Assembly (NCBI GenBank): GCA_964016885.1
Contig: OZ024741.1
Span: 214,210,001 to 214,274,000, forward strand
Source of the DNA: Eledone cirrhosa
Lineage: Eukaryota
Length of the DNA stretch: 64,000 nt
Direction: 5' to 3'
Shown one piece after another: positions 14,275 through 27,756 of the stretch; position 1 is the first letter of the stretch; each line of letters begins with the position of its first letter. The notes under the pieces were generated by a model. That model was given only the letters and a program-made list of their open reading frames with translations. It made no database searches and was not told the DNA's origin. A program made the position numbers and the translations under genes.

Positions 14275-14277
<3 letters not shown>
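12741..14277 (-). mobile_element. Tandem array of 5 x 310-bp units, each with a type I hammerhead (non-LTR retrozyme-like)
   Basis: Unit starts at 12741, 13051, 13361, 13671 and 13981; only one substitution seen (c>a at 13929); flanked by (TA)n on both sides. Confidence 0.9.
12842..12930 (-). ncRNA. Type I hammerhead ribozyme with extended stem I (repeated every 310 bp)
   Basis: Minus: attctcgataaaagca..gtagtc-CTGATGA-t-TTCT aaca AGAA-t-GAAA-cgcgTA^gattac..tgcttttatcgagaat; palindromic stem III ACGCGT; predicted cut between 12869 and 12870. Confidence 0.9.
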
Positions 14278-14358
<81 letters not shown>

Positions 14359-14359
14359 T

Positions 14360-14520
14360 TAGCTTAAAATGAATACCAGCAATAGCAGGCTGGGGGATTA
14401 ACCCTTCGATGGACTGTCGTCCTGTCCAGAGAGGGACTGTACTCTGAGCCGCTTGCTGCCATGAAACCGGGATAAGCACGGGCCAAATGAGCCTTCTGGC
14501 GTCAGACAAACTTTAGACTT
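14360..14520 (+). mobile_element. SINE 3' half (L2-like tail)
   Basis: gctgggggattaacccttcgatggactgtcgtcctgtccag...aaaccgggataagc; homolog at 41213-41347. Confidence 0.5.
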
Positions 14521-14576
14521 ATATATATAATATTAAGAATATTAATAAATGGAAAATAACTTTATAAAGCCATATT

Positions 14577-14637
14577 TATTTTATTATACGTATTTCAAGG
14601 GTACTAATATTTAAGTACGCTTTCGTCAGATAAAATA
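14577..14637 (-). ncRNA. Type I hammerhead ribozyme (family C)
   Basis: Minus: tattttat-CTGACGA-aag cGTAC ttaaatatta GTAC cctt-GAAA-tacgtaTA^ataaaata. Confidence 0.8.
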
Positions 14638-14830
14638 TAATATTTGGTGTTAAGATAGTGACATATCTTCATGTGAACTTAATGGTATAAGCCCAATGAA
14701 GATAGTATGTATATATGTATGCATGTATGTATGCATGATGTATATATATATATATACCCCAGCATGACCTCAACCGGATGGCTGGAACAGGTAAAGGAGT
14801 ATGTATATATATATATATATATATATATGT

Positions 14831-14972
<142 letters not shown>

Positions 14973-15457
14973 CGCGCGCGTGCGTGTGTATGTGTATTTA
15001 TCATGTGGACGAACCTCTGCAGTTTCCATCTACCAAATTCCATTGATATTGTATTCATCAGCCCGAGTACATCATAGAAGTGGCTAGCCCAACGATCCAC
15101 GCAGCTGAATCGAACTAAACTTAAAGTAACTTGAGGGTGATGAGAATTTCTAAATAAACACGTCCATAATACGAAAATACGAATAATTCTACACATTTCC
15201 CCATATCTATTACGGACATTATATATCAGTCAAACATATATATATATATGAATATATAAATGAATATATATATATGTAAATGTATGTATTTATGTACATA
15301 TTTATAGTATTGAAAAGATGCATGTGTACTTACATTTATTTAAATACACATATTAATGTGTTTATGTATACATGTAAAAATATATTCATTTGAGTTTGGG
15401 TTTATTGTATATAAATACATCATAAATATGCCTCAGCTATTATGTATATACATATAA

Positions 15458-15575
<118 letters not shown>

Positions 15576-15737
15576 CATATATATATATAAACATATATAT
15601 AAACATATATATTTATATAAACATATATATACATATATATATACATATATATAACATATATATATATAAACCTATATATATGTATATATAAACATATATA
15701 TACACACACACATATATATATCTAAACACACACACAT

Positions 15738-15800
<63 letters not shown>

Positions 15801-15958
15801 TATATATATATATATATACGTGTGTGTGTGTGCGTGTGTGTAAATATATATATAAAGCTTTGCTCAGTAATAAACTTAATGTTCACATATATTTATATTT
15901 GCCTCTTTATGTATGTTTTATGTGTGTATGTGAGTGTGCATATGTACGCTTATATATA

Positions 15959-16021
<63 letters not shown>

Positions 16022-16397
16022 GTGTCTGTGTGTGTGAGTGTACGTATATCTTTATATGTTTATCATCGAGCTGAAGCAAATCTTCTTTTCATTTTCGCTT
16101 GCTAACAAAACACAAACAGTGAAATGGGAAGGTGGAGAGGAGATGTGCATATGTGTACAAGTTTGCAAAAATATGCATACAGCATTCAATATATTTACAT
16201 GCAGTTTCTCGACAGACTGAACACAAATGAGATTCTTGTGCAACAAGGCATACCTCCATAAATATCTTCCCTAGCAGGCACCGCCAATAGCTTTTTTTGT
16301 CATTGATAAATTCTCTCTCAATAGTAAATGGTTCACAGACGTTGCACCAATGTTGCACCTATTTTCATTTGGGAATATAAACCTAATATTCTGTATA

Positions 16398-16428
<31 letters not shown>

Positions 16429-16469
16429 GTATATATATATATATATATTATATTATATATATAATTATA

Positions 16470-16553
<84 letters not shown>

Positions 16554-16842
16554 TATATATATATATATATATATATACAGTATATATATATATACAGTAT
16601 ATATATATATATATAATACATATATTATCCTTTTTTCCCAATGGTTTTACATGTTTATTGATTTATTTGCATGTTTTCTTTACCCAACTGAGCGCAGTTA
16701 TATGTGCCTGGGAAGCGTGCAGTGGTGGGTTTGTTTGCTTTCTATTTTTATTTTTTTTGTGTGCGTGTTTTATTTATTTAGTTTTATTTTCCTGTTACAT
16801 TGAAAGTAAGTTACATAATAAATCTACATAGTGCCTTGTAGT

Positions 16843-16891
<49 letters not shown>

Positions 16892-17382
16892 GGAGAAGAA
16901 AGAAGAATACTGCGTGGTTTGCACATGGGTTACATATGATAAAAATAGTCCTTCGTCAGTGATTTTCCAACCATCATTGGTATTTCATCGCATTAAAAAT
17001 CAGATACGTCAGGTTGGTGCGAGCAATAATCTAAAAAACTTTATTGGGAACAGTAATCGCGTAAAGCGACGGGGACAAGTGAACAACATAGAAGGATAAA
17101 AACAAACCAAAGAAAGGAAATATATATATATAGGATTAGAGCAAAAATCACGAGCGCTCTATCTCAAAATTATTTTTGAAAAGCATTAGAAATGCGCGAT
17201 CGGTAAAAACTTAAAACTAAAACTGAATACTAACCAATACTTATTACTAATTTATACTTATACATAATTAAACTATTTTCCACTGGGAAAAATTTGTCAC
17301 CATTTTCTTTTCCTTTTTACTAATATATATATAATATATATATATATACGATATATGGAAACTATATTTATAAAACCATATT

Positions 17383-17447
17383 TATTTCATTATACATATT
17401 TCAAGGACACCAAGTTAAATTATGGTGTGCTTTCATCAGATAAAATA
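17383..17447 (-). ncRNA. Type I hammerhead ribozyme (family C)
   Basis: Minus: tattttat-CTGATGA-aagcACACCA taatttaact TGGTGTcctt-GAAA-tatgtaTA^atgaaata. Confidence 0.8.
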
Positions 17448-17855
17448 TAATATAGATCAGTTTTATAAATAAATATTGACATACCCTTAAAGCATGCGAC
17501 CATTTCTGTTGGAAGCTCCCATATATATATATAGTGAAACATTGAACGGGAACAAAACAGAGAGGCAGTACGAACAAATGTTTATTAGTTTTACGCTCTT
17601 GAGAGTGGGGTGGTTATATATATATATATAATTATATATATATATATACTAATTCTTTATATATATATACATATATATATAATAAAATAAAATAAAATAA
17701 AATAAATAAGTCAAATATTTATTTTATTTTATTTTACATTACTCCGGAGTAACCAAACCAACCTGCGCACTTCGTCGAGTGCTCTAATCTGCATACTTAG
17801 GTGTTGGTATACAACCAACATATACTAAAAATGTATATATATATATATAATATAT

Positions 17856-18040
17856 AGAAAGGCTTCTACAGGACTAGAACTGTTTCATTCGGTAGAAATC
17901 AACACACACAAACGATTTCTACCGAATGAATCAGTTCTAGTCCTGTAGAAGTCTTTTTATATTAAATATTTATACTCTGCTATGTATTGAGTACCTTACT
18001 TACTGTGGTTACCTCCGATTGAAACCGGGATAAACTTATA
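17856..18040. mobile_element. Palindromic element with truncated hammerhead 3' halves
   Basis: aaggcttctacaggactagaactgtttcattcggtagaaatc mirrored at 17913-17958; homolog at 54499-54682. Confidence 0.7.
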
Positions 18041-18059
18041 TATATATATATATATATAT

Positions 18060-18240
18060 AACGAAGGAAATGTGGTAAGGAACCAGGTGGACCATAACGC
18101 ACCAAAGTACTCAATACTTGAGGTAGTAGAGTGGATAATAGGAACCAGTAAGACCCCGACAGCTGAGCTCAAGCCGTTTCGACGGCCAGAATTAGCCGTC
18201 GAAACGGCTTGAGCTCAGCTGTCGGGGTCTTACTGGTTCC

Positions 18241-18243
<3 letters not shown>
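18060..18243. mobile_element. Palindromic element ('gtcgaaacggcttgagctc' family)
   Basis: Near-perfect arms 18138-18243; related copies at 5895-5975, 8097-8157, 20308-20512 and 30775-30832, all abutting (TA)n. Confidence 0.8.
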
Positions 18244-18298
<55 letters not shown>

Positions 18299-18759
18299 TG
18301 TGTGTTGTAGGTACGTGGTCCATATGTGTGTGCAGTTTATTTTCTGTATGTGTGTAATCTCTGTGGTTTTGTATATAACATATCCCCGTTGACTAGTATG
18401 GACATTTTCTATATGTTGCCACAGACGTGATAGCTTCTCTATATGGGTCTTGCTATAATAGTAGATATGATAGGAGGCGTTGTTAAACCCTAAAAATAGC
18501 AACTGGAGGTGGACTTGCTGATCGGGGATGAGTCTAGTATATCTACTCCATGGGTTGGGGGAAGACCCTAAGAACCTATATTTATACGAGCTATTCGAAC
18601 TGCCCTTCCACGTAACCCCCCCCCCCCCCCCCCCTCTCTCCCTCACTCTCTCACTCTTTACTGCCCTTCCATCTAACCCTCTCTAACTACCACCCCCATC
18701 TCTCTCTCTCTCTCTACTGTCCTTCCATCTAACTACCACACCCCTCTCGCTCTCTCTAC

Positions 18760-18813
<54 letters not shown>

Positions 18814-19494
18814 GCCCTTCCATCTAACCCTCTCTAACTACACCCCTTCTCTCTCTCTCTACTGTCCTTCCATCTAACCGTCTCTAACTACCACCCATTC
18901 CTCTCTCTCTCTATCTTTCTCTTTACCTCCCCTCTCTTTACTGCCTTTCTATCATCGGTGATAAGACCACCATATCCCCTCCGTCGGTTGAGAGAGGCTC
19001 CTAAGAACCTATACACATACTAACTATTCAAAACAGTAGTAAAAGTGTCCGTGTTGGTTTCATTACTCAAATACCCAGAAGATGGGGGAAACACGTTTGT
19101 TTTCATAAGAAGCCTAAATGGTATACTACATTCTGGTCACACGAGAACTGAGGCAAGGTTATGACTGTCAGGTGGCAGTAATTAACAGATGTAGACAGGT
19201 ACCACATCTGCCCCCACCTTTCAGAGATAACTTCCTTTCAGTCCATTTTGTGATAAACCTGGCCACCCACTGCTCGTAACTGGGGTGCATACATGAATCA
19301 TGACAAATGCAGGACATAATACAAAACTGAGAGTGTATGTGTCTGTGTCTGTGTATGTGTCTGTGTATGTGTATGTGTATGTGTCTGTGAATGTGTCTGT
19401 GAATGTGTCTGTGTCTAAGAATCCGTTAATAAACTATACTTGTCTTTATAAGCCTAGTATCGACAACTTTAAATGGTCATGTGTATACAAGTGT

Positions 19495-19557
<63 letters not shown>

Positions 19558-19603
19558 ATATATATATAGTATCTAAATGTGTGTGTGTATAGAAATATAT
19601 ATG

Positions 19604-19752
<149 letters not shown>

Positions 19753-20115
19753 GACTACTCTTCTGAAGTAGGTGTGCGTGACATTTGGCAGAAAAGGCGA
19801 GAGTTTCGTTATTGAGCAGGGAGTTTGCTTAACAAAACGTCTTTTGTTGTCGAATCCTTATTTTGCAAGACTGCAAACAGAACAGCTACCGAGATTGACA
19901 TAAATATATATATATACATATAAAACAAAGCTGAGCCACCTATATATATATGCAGTCTTCAGTTTGTCAAGCTGTCTAAACGTATGTTATTACTCTAGGT
20001 GAAACTACTTTATTGAGTGCTTAGCTACACATTCCGGATTGCATTCGTTCGCTTGACCGCAGCCAGAGCTTAGATTCTACTGAACTTCCATTTGTATATA
20101 TATATATATATATAT

Positions 20116-20187
<72 letters not shown>

Positions 20188-20526
20188 CAGTGCCAAGAAA
20201 ATGGGAAGATGCAGGGTGGGTATAAAAATGTGTAAAATCCCGACTGCCACGCCGTCGTCGGGATATTACATCTCTCTCTCACTATATATATGCATATGGT
20301 ATATATATAGGAAAAGAGTCAGAACCCCGACGGCTGAGCTCCGGCCGTTTCGACAGCAAGGTCTGAACAGTTCAAACCTAGTTGTCGAAACGGCTGGAGC
20401 TCAGCCATCAGGGTCCTGACTCTTTTCCTACTAGACATTCTACTAACCTAAGTATCGAGTACTCTGGTGCAGTATGGTCCACCTTGTTCCTTTCCACACT
20501 TCTTTCGTTATAGTATATATATAGAG

Positions 20527-20606
<80 letters not shown>

Positions 20607-21158
20607 ATATATAAATTAGCGAGAATCGTATTTCGGCTCAGGAATTAACGAAAAACAACTTCCGAGATGTGTGGCAAGCGCTCGATGATTCAGATGAACC
20701 AGAGCTACAACATACGTTAAAGGCCAAACACACTGAGACGATGGTTAAACAAACATCCCGCATAGCCAAAGAAAACGACCAAGTAATTCGGGTCAAACAA
20801 TAAAAATATATGTGATTGAAAATTTACCCGGACCCCTGGAAGGTTGGTAGAATCCAGTATTTGGGTGTCTGCGACTCCTAAATCAAGTACTGTCCGCTTA
20901 CAGAAAAAATGTTAGGCTTCTGGTAAGATGATTGAACAAGGAAGCCACTTTATCAACAGGTTTTAGCTCAATTGCTAATTCAAAGTGTGACTATTACTGA
21001 CCCCACGTGGAGTTCAGCAAGGGAGGCAACACCTATTTTAGGCGAATGAATTCAGTTGTGTATAATATTGCAAGAATGCAAAACATCACAAATCGAATAA
21101 AGCTCTCGACAGAATGGTTAAAGTTAACATAAGCTATTCATCAGTCAATAGAATCAAA

Positions 21159-21273
<115 letters not shown>

Positions 21274-21496
21274 GATTTCACAGAACTTATGTTCATCGGT
21301 TTCAGGGACTTGACTCCTTCTTCCTCACTTTTCGTTGCATTACTATCTTAGTTTACTGTCTCGCTCGTTCCCCCTATTTACGTGTCCCAACGACTTTCTT
21401 TAGCCGTTGCTCGCACCAACCAGAGGTATATGGTCTTTAAAGCGATGAAATACCAATGAAGGCTGGAAGATCACTGATGAAGGAATAATCTTATTC

Positions 21497-21527
<31 letters not shown>

Positions 21528-22325
21528 CACCGTATTTACGGCCACCGAAGACGCTTCGTTCTCGAGGACGCGCCCTAATTTTGACAACGAAAAATTTGAA
21601 AAATAAATAATAAACAAATTTCGGCCTCCAGTAGGGGTCCCCACCAGTGACGACCGTAGCAATTTATTTGTACCCTACCCTCAGCTGGACTTTTTAGTTT
21701 TAGGGTAGTTAGAATTTTTTAATTTAATACCTGTATAACGTTTCCACCCCAATTACTTGCGCCAAGATAATTTTGATATGTGATATTGAGGAGGAGGGGG
21801 GGGGGGGGCTATGCATTCTAATTGTTGTGCATACTTCGCCCACCTCGACCCCCATCCTGAAGTGCCCCGGGGTCCCGCAAGGTCCAAATCCAACCCTGTC
21901 GACAAAAGAAGATCGATAGATCGATAAAATAAGTAGCAGAAATTATATAAGATGTACTTATGCTCGACTATACACCCAGGAAAACAGTGAAAGAATAAAA
22001 GGGTATATTTGCAGTCAGACACCCTGTTTTGGCAAGCACCCTTGCACATCTGTATCATAGTATCACCCGACTTCTATACCCCTCTAACCCTCCACCCAGC
22101 AAGCCACACGCAGTTTTCTTGAACAAACAATATTCGACACCGCAGATTCCTTGTTAGTCAAATAAAGTAGTATGGGAGAGGTGGAGTGTGGAGGGGGAGT
22201 GTAGTGGTAGCCGGGTGGGTGGGGAATTGAGGTTGTGGCAAAGTGTGTATATGTAAGAGAAGGTAGTGTGCTAGTGGAAAATTTGTGTTTGAGTGTGTCC
22301 GCGTGTGTATGTGTATATATCTATA

Positions 22326-22409
<84 letters not shown>

Positions 22410-22826
22410 AACAAGGCCATAAAATCATAATCAGTATACCCACTATATATATATATATTTATTTTTTATCATTTATTTTGTTTTGACCTGTTTAGCATGA
22501 TTTGGTTTTTGGCTTGGGTGGTTAATGTCTTCTTGACCACCTTTTCAGTTTTGTATGGCTTCTTAACACATTGTTTAGCTCTGGTTTTTAACTATTGAGC
22601 ACTTTGCCAGTATGCCTTTCACCCTTACGGGGTCGATAAAATAAGGTACCAGTAATGTACTGAGTAATTTGCTGGCCTTGTGCCTAAAATAGAAACAATT
22701 TCTGATTTCTGCGTTTCGCTTCGCTTTTCCTGCCCGCCGTAATGCGATTCTCGCTGAATCTTTATTTGTATATATATATATATATATATATATCAGTCTG
22801 TACCTCCCTCTTTCTCAAACTCTCAT

Positions 22827-22865
<39 letters not shown>

Positions 22866-22873
22866 TATATACA

Positions 22874-22960
<87 letters not shown>

Positions 22961-23170
22961 GTAAAGAATGCAGCGAGACAGTGAAACAATGAAATGGAGA
23001 GTGTGTATTGTTGTTGTTGTTAACTTCCGGTTTCTATTTCCCGTCTCTCCGCCTAACTGTCTCCACAATAAAACCTGTATAGTTTTAGTACTTCAGGTAT
23101 GTTTACTGTCTGATTATTGTTGTTGTCCTCCTTATTTCCTTCCCGTCATTTTTACTCCTTCCTCTTTTTA

Positions 23171-23201
<31 letters not shown>

Positions 23202-23607
23202 CTTCTTCTTCTTCTTCTTTTTTAATTTTTCTTCTTCTTCTTCTTCTTCTTCTTCTTCTTCTTCTTCTTCTTCTTCTTTTTTAATTTTTCTTATTCTTCT
23301 TCTTCTTCTTCTTCTTCTTCTTCTTCTTCTTCTTCTTCTTTCGTACTCCTTCTTGCTTTCTTTCTTCTTCTTCTATCTATATTTCATTCCCTTCCTTTTT
23401 CTCACTCTCTCTACTTTCCCTTCTCTATTTCCTTTCTCTTTTCTTTCCCCTTTTCTTTTTTTGTTCCTTTTCGTCGCCATCTTTTTCCTCGTCTTTCCTC
23501 AAATACCGCCGTACTGTTTCAACCCTTTACCTACGATATTTCTAACGAAAACAATCTATAGTTATTTTAATTTATTTTTAAAATTAACAAGAATTTGGAA
23601 CGATTTA

Positions 23608-23722
23608 TTGGCTTAGTAGTTAGAGAATTTGATTCGCAATCGTGAGGTTGTGAGTTTGATTCCCGGACCGGGTGATGCGTTATGTCCTTGAGCAAGACAC
23701 TTTACTTCACGTTGCTCTTTCT
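23608..23722 (+). mobile_element. tRNA-derived CORE-like SINE 5' part (second family)
   Basis: tggcttagtagttagag...gagtttgattcccgg...gtccttgagcaagacact; homologs at 11085-11185 (-) and 26939-27230 (+). Confidence 0.7.
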
Positions 23723-24084
23723 AGCTGGAGTTGCGACCGATAGATAGTATCAGCAATTGGAAAGTCTAATGGAAACATTGTTTCCTCGGTCCGACTTGAC
23801 GAAAGTCGATCGACTATATTTATATAGTGATGGGTAGCAGTAAAATATGGTACAGGCATTGGTGGCCATTGTTTTGGATGACAGGGTGAACTGACTAAGC
23901 AAATTTCGTTGAAGTCTGCGGTGGAGAATGGTCAACTTCCTTCGGACATGCGCTTGCGCAAGCCGGTGGGGGTGAATTGGTACTCACAAGGGAGCGGATG
24001 AAAAACCCAAGAACACGCAATTCATCCGTTCCGTTGTCGATCCAATTTGGATTGCCGCGGAAACATAACCTTATTATGTAACAA

Positions 24085-24158
24085 GCTGTCTGATGATGAC
24101 ACGACACTCGCATACAGAACAGTGTGGCCAGTGTCGTCACTGAAATATATATCACAGC
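24085..24158 (+). ncRNA. Type I hammerhead ribozyme with long stem II
   Basis: gctgt-CTGATGA-tgacACGACACT...AGTGTCGTcact-GAAA-tatataTC^acagc; stem I gctgt/acagc. Confidence 0.8.
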
Positions 24159-24307
24159 ATTATTATTAAAGGACTTGAACATCTGAAACTACTTCGCTTT
24201 TCCTTATTCGATATTTACTCCGTCACTCCTATGTGGAAAAAGTACGTTGAGTGCTTGAATTGAATTGCATCAATATTTACCCTAATATATATATATATAT
24301 ATATATA

Positions 24308-24544
24308 TTTCGTTTCTGAATTTGTTTAGCAAGATTCTTTATCTGAAAACGTGTGTTGAAACCGATATTGTTATACTTTGGGAGGGTCATGTTGCCAATA
24401 ATAAACACACGCACCAGTTGCTTTCACTTCAATTTATTATAATAAATTTATAAATTTAAGAATTTATAAATTTATTATAATAAATTGAAGTGAAAGCAAC
24501 TGGTGCGTGTGTTTATTATTGGCAACATGACCCTCCCAAAGTAT

Positions 24545-24552
<8 letters not shown>
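24308..24552. mobile_element. Family A palindrome (near-perfect ~92-bp arms, 24365-24552)
   Basis: atattgttatactttgggagggtc...gaccctcccaaagtataacaatat between (TA)n tracts. Confidence 0.85.
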
Positions 24553-24590
<38 letters not shown>

Positions 24591-24658
24591 AACCCGGTCA
24601 TTGAAATGATCATAGTATAATAAACTTTTCAAGGATTTACACCAATCCAGCCTCCTGT

Positions 24659-24744
<86 letters not shown>

Positions 24745-24789
24745 TAATGATAAGAACATCTTAACTACTTCATTCATTACTTTCTTTGG

Positions 24790-25130
24790 AGTAACGTTAC
24801 TTGATAGAGTACGTAACTGAGAGATCAGACAGTCTCTCCAAGTAGAGCCGCTACACCTCCGAATTGAGTGATCACAGATCCGATATTATTGGCACGTGGT
24901 TAGAATGTCCCAGTAAAGAATCATTGGGCAGATTTTACGGGCAAAACTAACCAGCAGAAGAACCAGGGGTAGACCCCGAGCAAGATGGATAACATCCATC
25001 AGCTTCGCTAGTCTCGCTTGGGGATCCAGCCAGATCAGATGGAGACAGATGCATCTGACAGGACCCGCTGGAAAGAGTGTTTGAGAACTATGACCCCACG
25101 ACCCTCTCAGAAATAAGTGGGCAAAGGAGA
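24790..25130 (+). mobile_element. RTE-clade LINE 3' fragment (decayed)
   Basis: Reverse-orientation homolog of 575-885 (ggtagaccccgagcaagatggataacatcc...aaataagtgggc). Confidence 0.7.
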
Positions 25131-25251
25131 AAGAAATTACCAAACGTCGGATAAAATACACAGTTTATGGTTTTCAAATCGTTTTATAACCAACTTTTGT
25201 AATATTATGTTGGTGTTTGTAACATAATTTAACAAAGGATCTTACAAATAG

Positions 25252-25436
25252 TAATTGTTTCTACTTTAGGCACAAGGCCAGCAAATACCCAGTGCATTAC
25301 TGGTACTTTATTTTATCGACCCCATAAGGATGAAAGGCAAAGTCAACCACGGCGGGATTTGAACTCAGATCGTAAAGGGACGTAACTATGCTGGAAAGCA
25401 TGGCGTCCGACCCTCTAGTGATACTGCCAATGCACC
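25252..25436 (-). mobile_element. tRNA-derived SINE
   Basis: Reverse complement of the 11425-11615 family. Confidence 0.85.
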
Positions 25437-26565
25437 AAAAAATAATGGTAGGAAATAAAATGTTGTATTGTAGGCCCAAGAACGGTTTCAGGTTTCACAC
25501 GGACGCACATATACAATGTATAGTTTGAACTCATACTCCCATGTCTAGAAAAAAAGTTGTGGTTGTCACAGCTGGACTGCTTTTGATCATCGATTCATAG
25601 ATCTACTTCATTAGAGCTGATGAGAAGCAAAACACTGAAATCCTCTTCGCGCTATTATCTCCACAAGAATTACGTTAAGAGTACCAGTGTGCGTGAAACG
25701 CACAAACCACGTATACTATACTAAAAGATGGACTGTACCAGTAATTCAGCCATGTCACGCTCACACACACACGCACACGCACACACACACACGCACACAC
25801 ACACACACACTCATACTCTGTATTACACTGAATCTCCCTAAGATTTACGTTAGGTGTACACGTAAATATCGAATGTTCATCTACTTACTAACTTCACATA
25901 CGAAAGGCTGTTCCGTTGATCGAAAAATTAGAACAATCATCGTCGAAACCGACGAAGACCATTCAATTCCTTTCCTTTCCATCTATTTTGTGCTTCAACA
26001 GAATAAGTATGTTACGGTGCTATACAGTTCAAAGGTAATGGGTGGATTCCTTAATGGGTGAATTAGCAACGTTTTGTTAAAAGGTTTACATTAAAAATAT
26101 AGGTTATTGTCACGCTGTGATAAATATGAGTTTGAATGTAAGATTTATATTTATTAGCTGGGTTTAAATGGTGATAGGGGAGGGCTGAGAGATTATTATA
26201 TATAAAGAAAGAAAATGGTTGACTGAACAATTAAGCCACAAACACACATATAAACTTTCACACATATATAGATGATTTCACACACATATATATATATATC
26301 CACACATATTCACACATATATATATATATTCACACATATATTCACCCATTTACATATATGTGTATGTATAAATACACAGAAACACATGTATGTGTTCGTG
26401 AATTAATTGTTCAGTCAAGCATTTTCTTGTGCATATGTATTATTATATACATATATATGTCTGTGTGTGTGTACGTATATTTTTGTCTATTATTTACTCG
26501 TATTTTTAATTATATATATATATATATATAATTAAAAATGCGAGTAAATAATAGACAAAAATATA

Positions 26566-26680
<115 letters not shown>

Positions 26681-27374
26681 GTGTGTGTGTTTGTGCGTAT
26701 GCATGTGTCCGTGTGATTGTGCGTGTGTGTCTTTTACCGGTATCAGCCATTAAACTGCGGCCGTGCTGGCGCACTAACTTGCAGATATCTATTCCGTAGT
26801 ATAGTATCAACAAGCGCAATAGTTGTTTGGAAAGCATTTGACAATCAGAGGCTCTATTAGAAGGCAGGAACTTAGATGCCGCGGGACGGGACTGAACCCA
26901 GAACTACTTGGTTCTGAAGCCAGCTTCTTAGCTACGCAGAGGCACATGGCTTAGTGATTAGAGTGTCGGGCTTACAATCGTGAGGTTCGAATCTCCGACC
27001 AAGATTTGCGTTGTACTATTGAGCAAGGCTCTTTATTTCAGGTTGCTCCAGTTCACTCAACTGTAGAAGTGAGTTGCGACGTCACTGGTGCCAAGCTGTA
27101 TCAGCCATTGCCTTTTCTTTGGACAACAATGGTGTGGAGCAGGGAGAGACTGGTATACATGGTCAACGCTGGTCTTCCACAAACAAACCTTGCGCGACCT
27201 TGGGTCTCGGAGGGGAACTTTCCATGTAAAAAATAATGGTAAAAACAATCCAAGAGGCTGAAAAGCAGAGAGAAATGTTTAAGACCCTATATGAGTGTGT
27301 GTGTGTGTGTTAGGTAATTCCGAAGAAAAAGCAAAGGAAAAAAGAGTCCTCTATGTAGAGAACAGAGCTATTTA

Positions 27375-27504
27375 ATTAGAAAGTGAACAACACAATATAT
27401 AACAACTCCATTATCAAAGGTCTGATGAACGATCCAATATTGTCTAGGATCCTGAAACCTTTGGTAATGGAGTAGTTATATATTGTGTTGTTCATTTTCT
27501 AATT
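27375..27504. mobile_element. Hairpin element whose loop is a hammerhead core
   Basis: Arms ...aactccattatcaaaggt / acctttggtaatggagt... enclose CTGATGA-ac-GATCC..GGATC-ct-GAAA. Confidence 0.7.
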
Positions 27505-27634
27505 TGGGGACAGTGTGAAATTTCTTTTTGAAGAACTGCTGGACTTTCAAACTTAGCAGTCCTTCTAGCACTGACGGAGACCATCGCTGAATATTAATAT
27601 CAATGTAGTTTTTTATATCGATATTGCTTGGGTA

Positions 27635-27756
27635 TCCACTGATGAGTTATAAGGGTCCACTTGCATGGATATCTATGGATTATATGCAAGCTTCTACATA
27701 ACTTGGACATTATTTTCCCACCTTGTAGAAATCTTATAACGAAACGATCGTATGGA
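27635..27756 (+). ncRNA. Type I hammerhead with a branched insertion in stem II
   Basis: tcca-CTGATGA-GTTATAAG [79 nt, two hairpins] CTTATAAC-GAAA-cgatcgTA^tgga. Confidence 0.8.

Noticed and set aside
12741-14277. CRISPR array or ordinary satellite
   Set aside because: No unique spacers and no cas genes; units are fully identical and contain a hammerhead
15010-15065. Minus-strand CTGATGA...GAAA
   Set aside because: No stem I/III pairing; resembles a SINE tail also seen near 29800
20618-20803. ~60-codon open frame ([20 protein letters not shown]...)
   Set aside because: Lies in a repeat family, has no recognisable motif, and related copies have stops
25612-25650. CTGATGAgaagcaaaacactGAAA
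   Set aside because: No stem II pairing; likely chance
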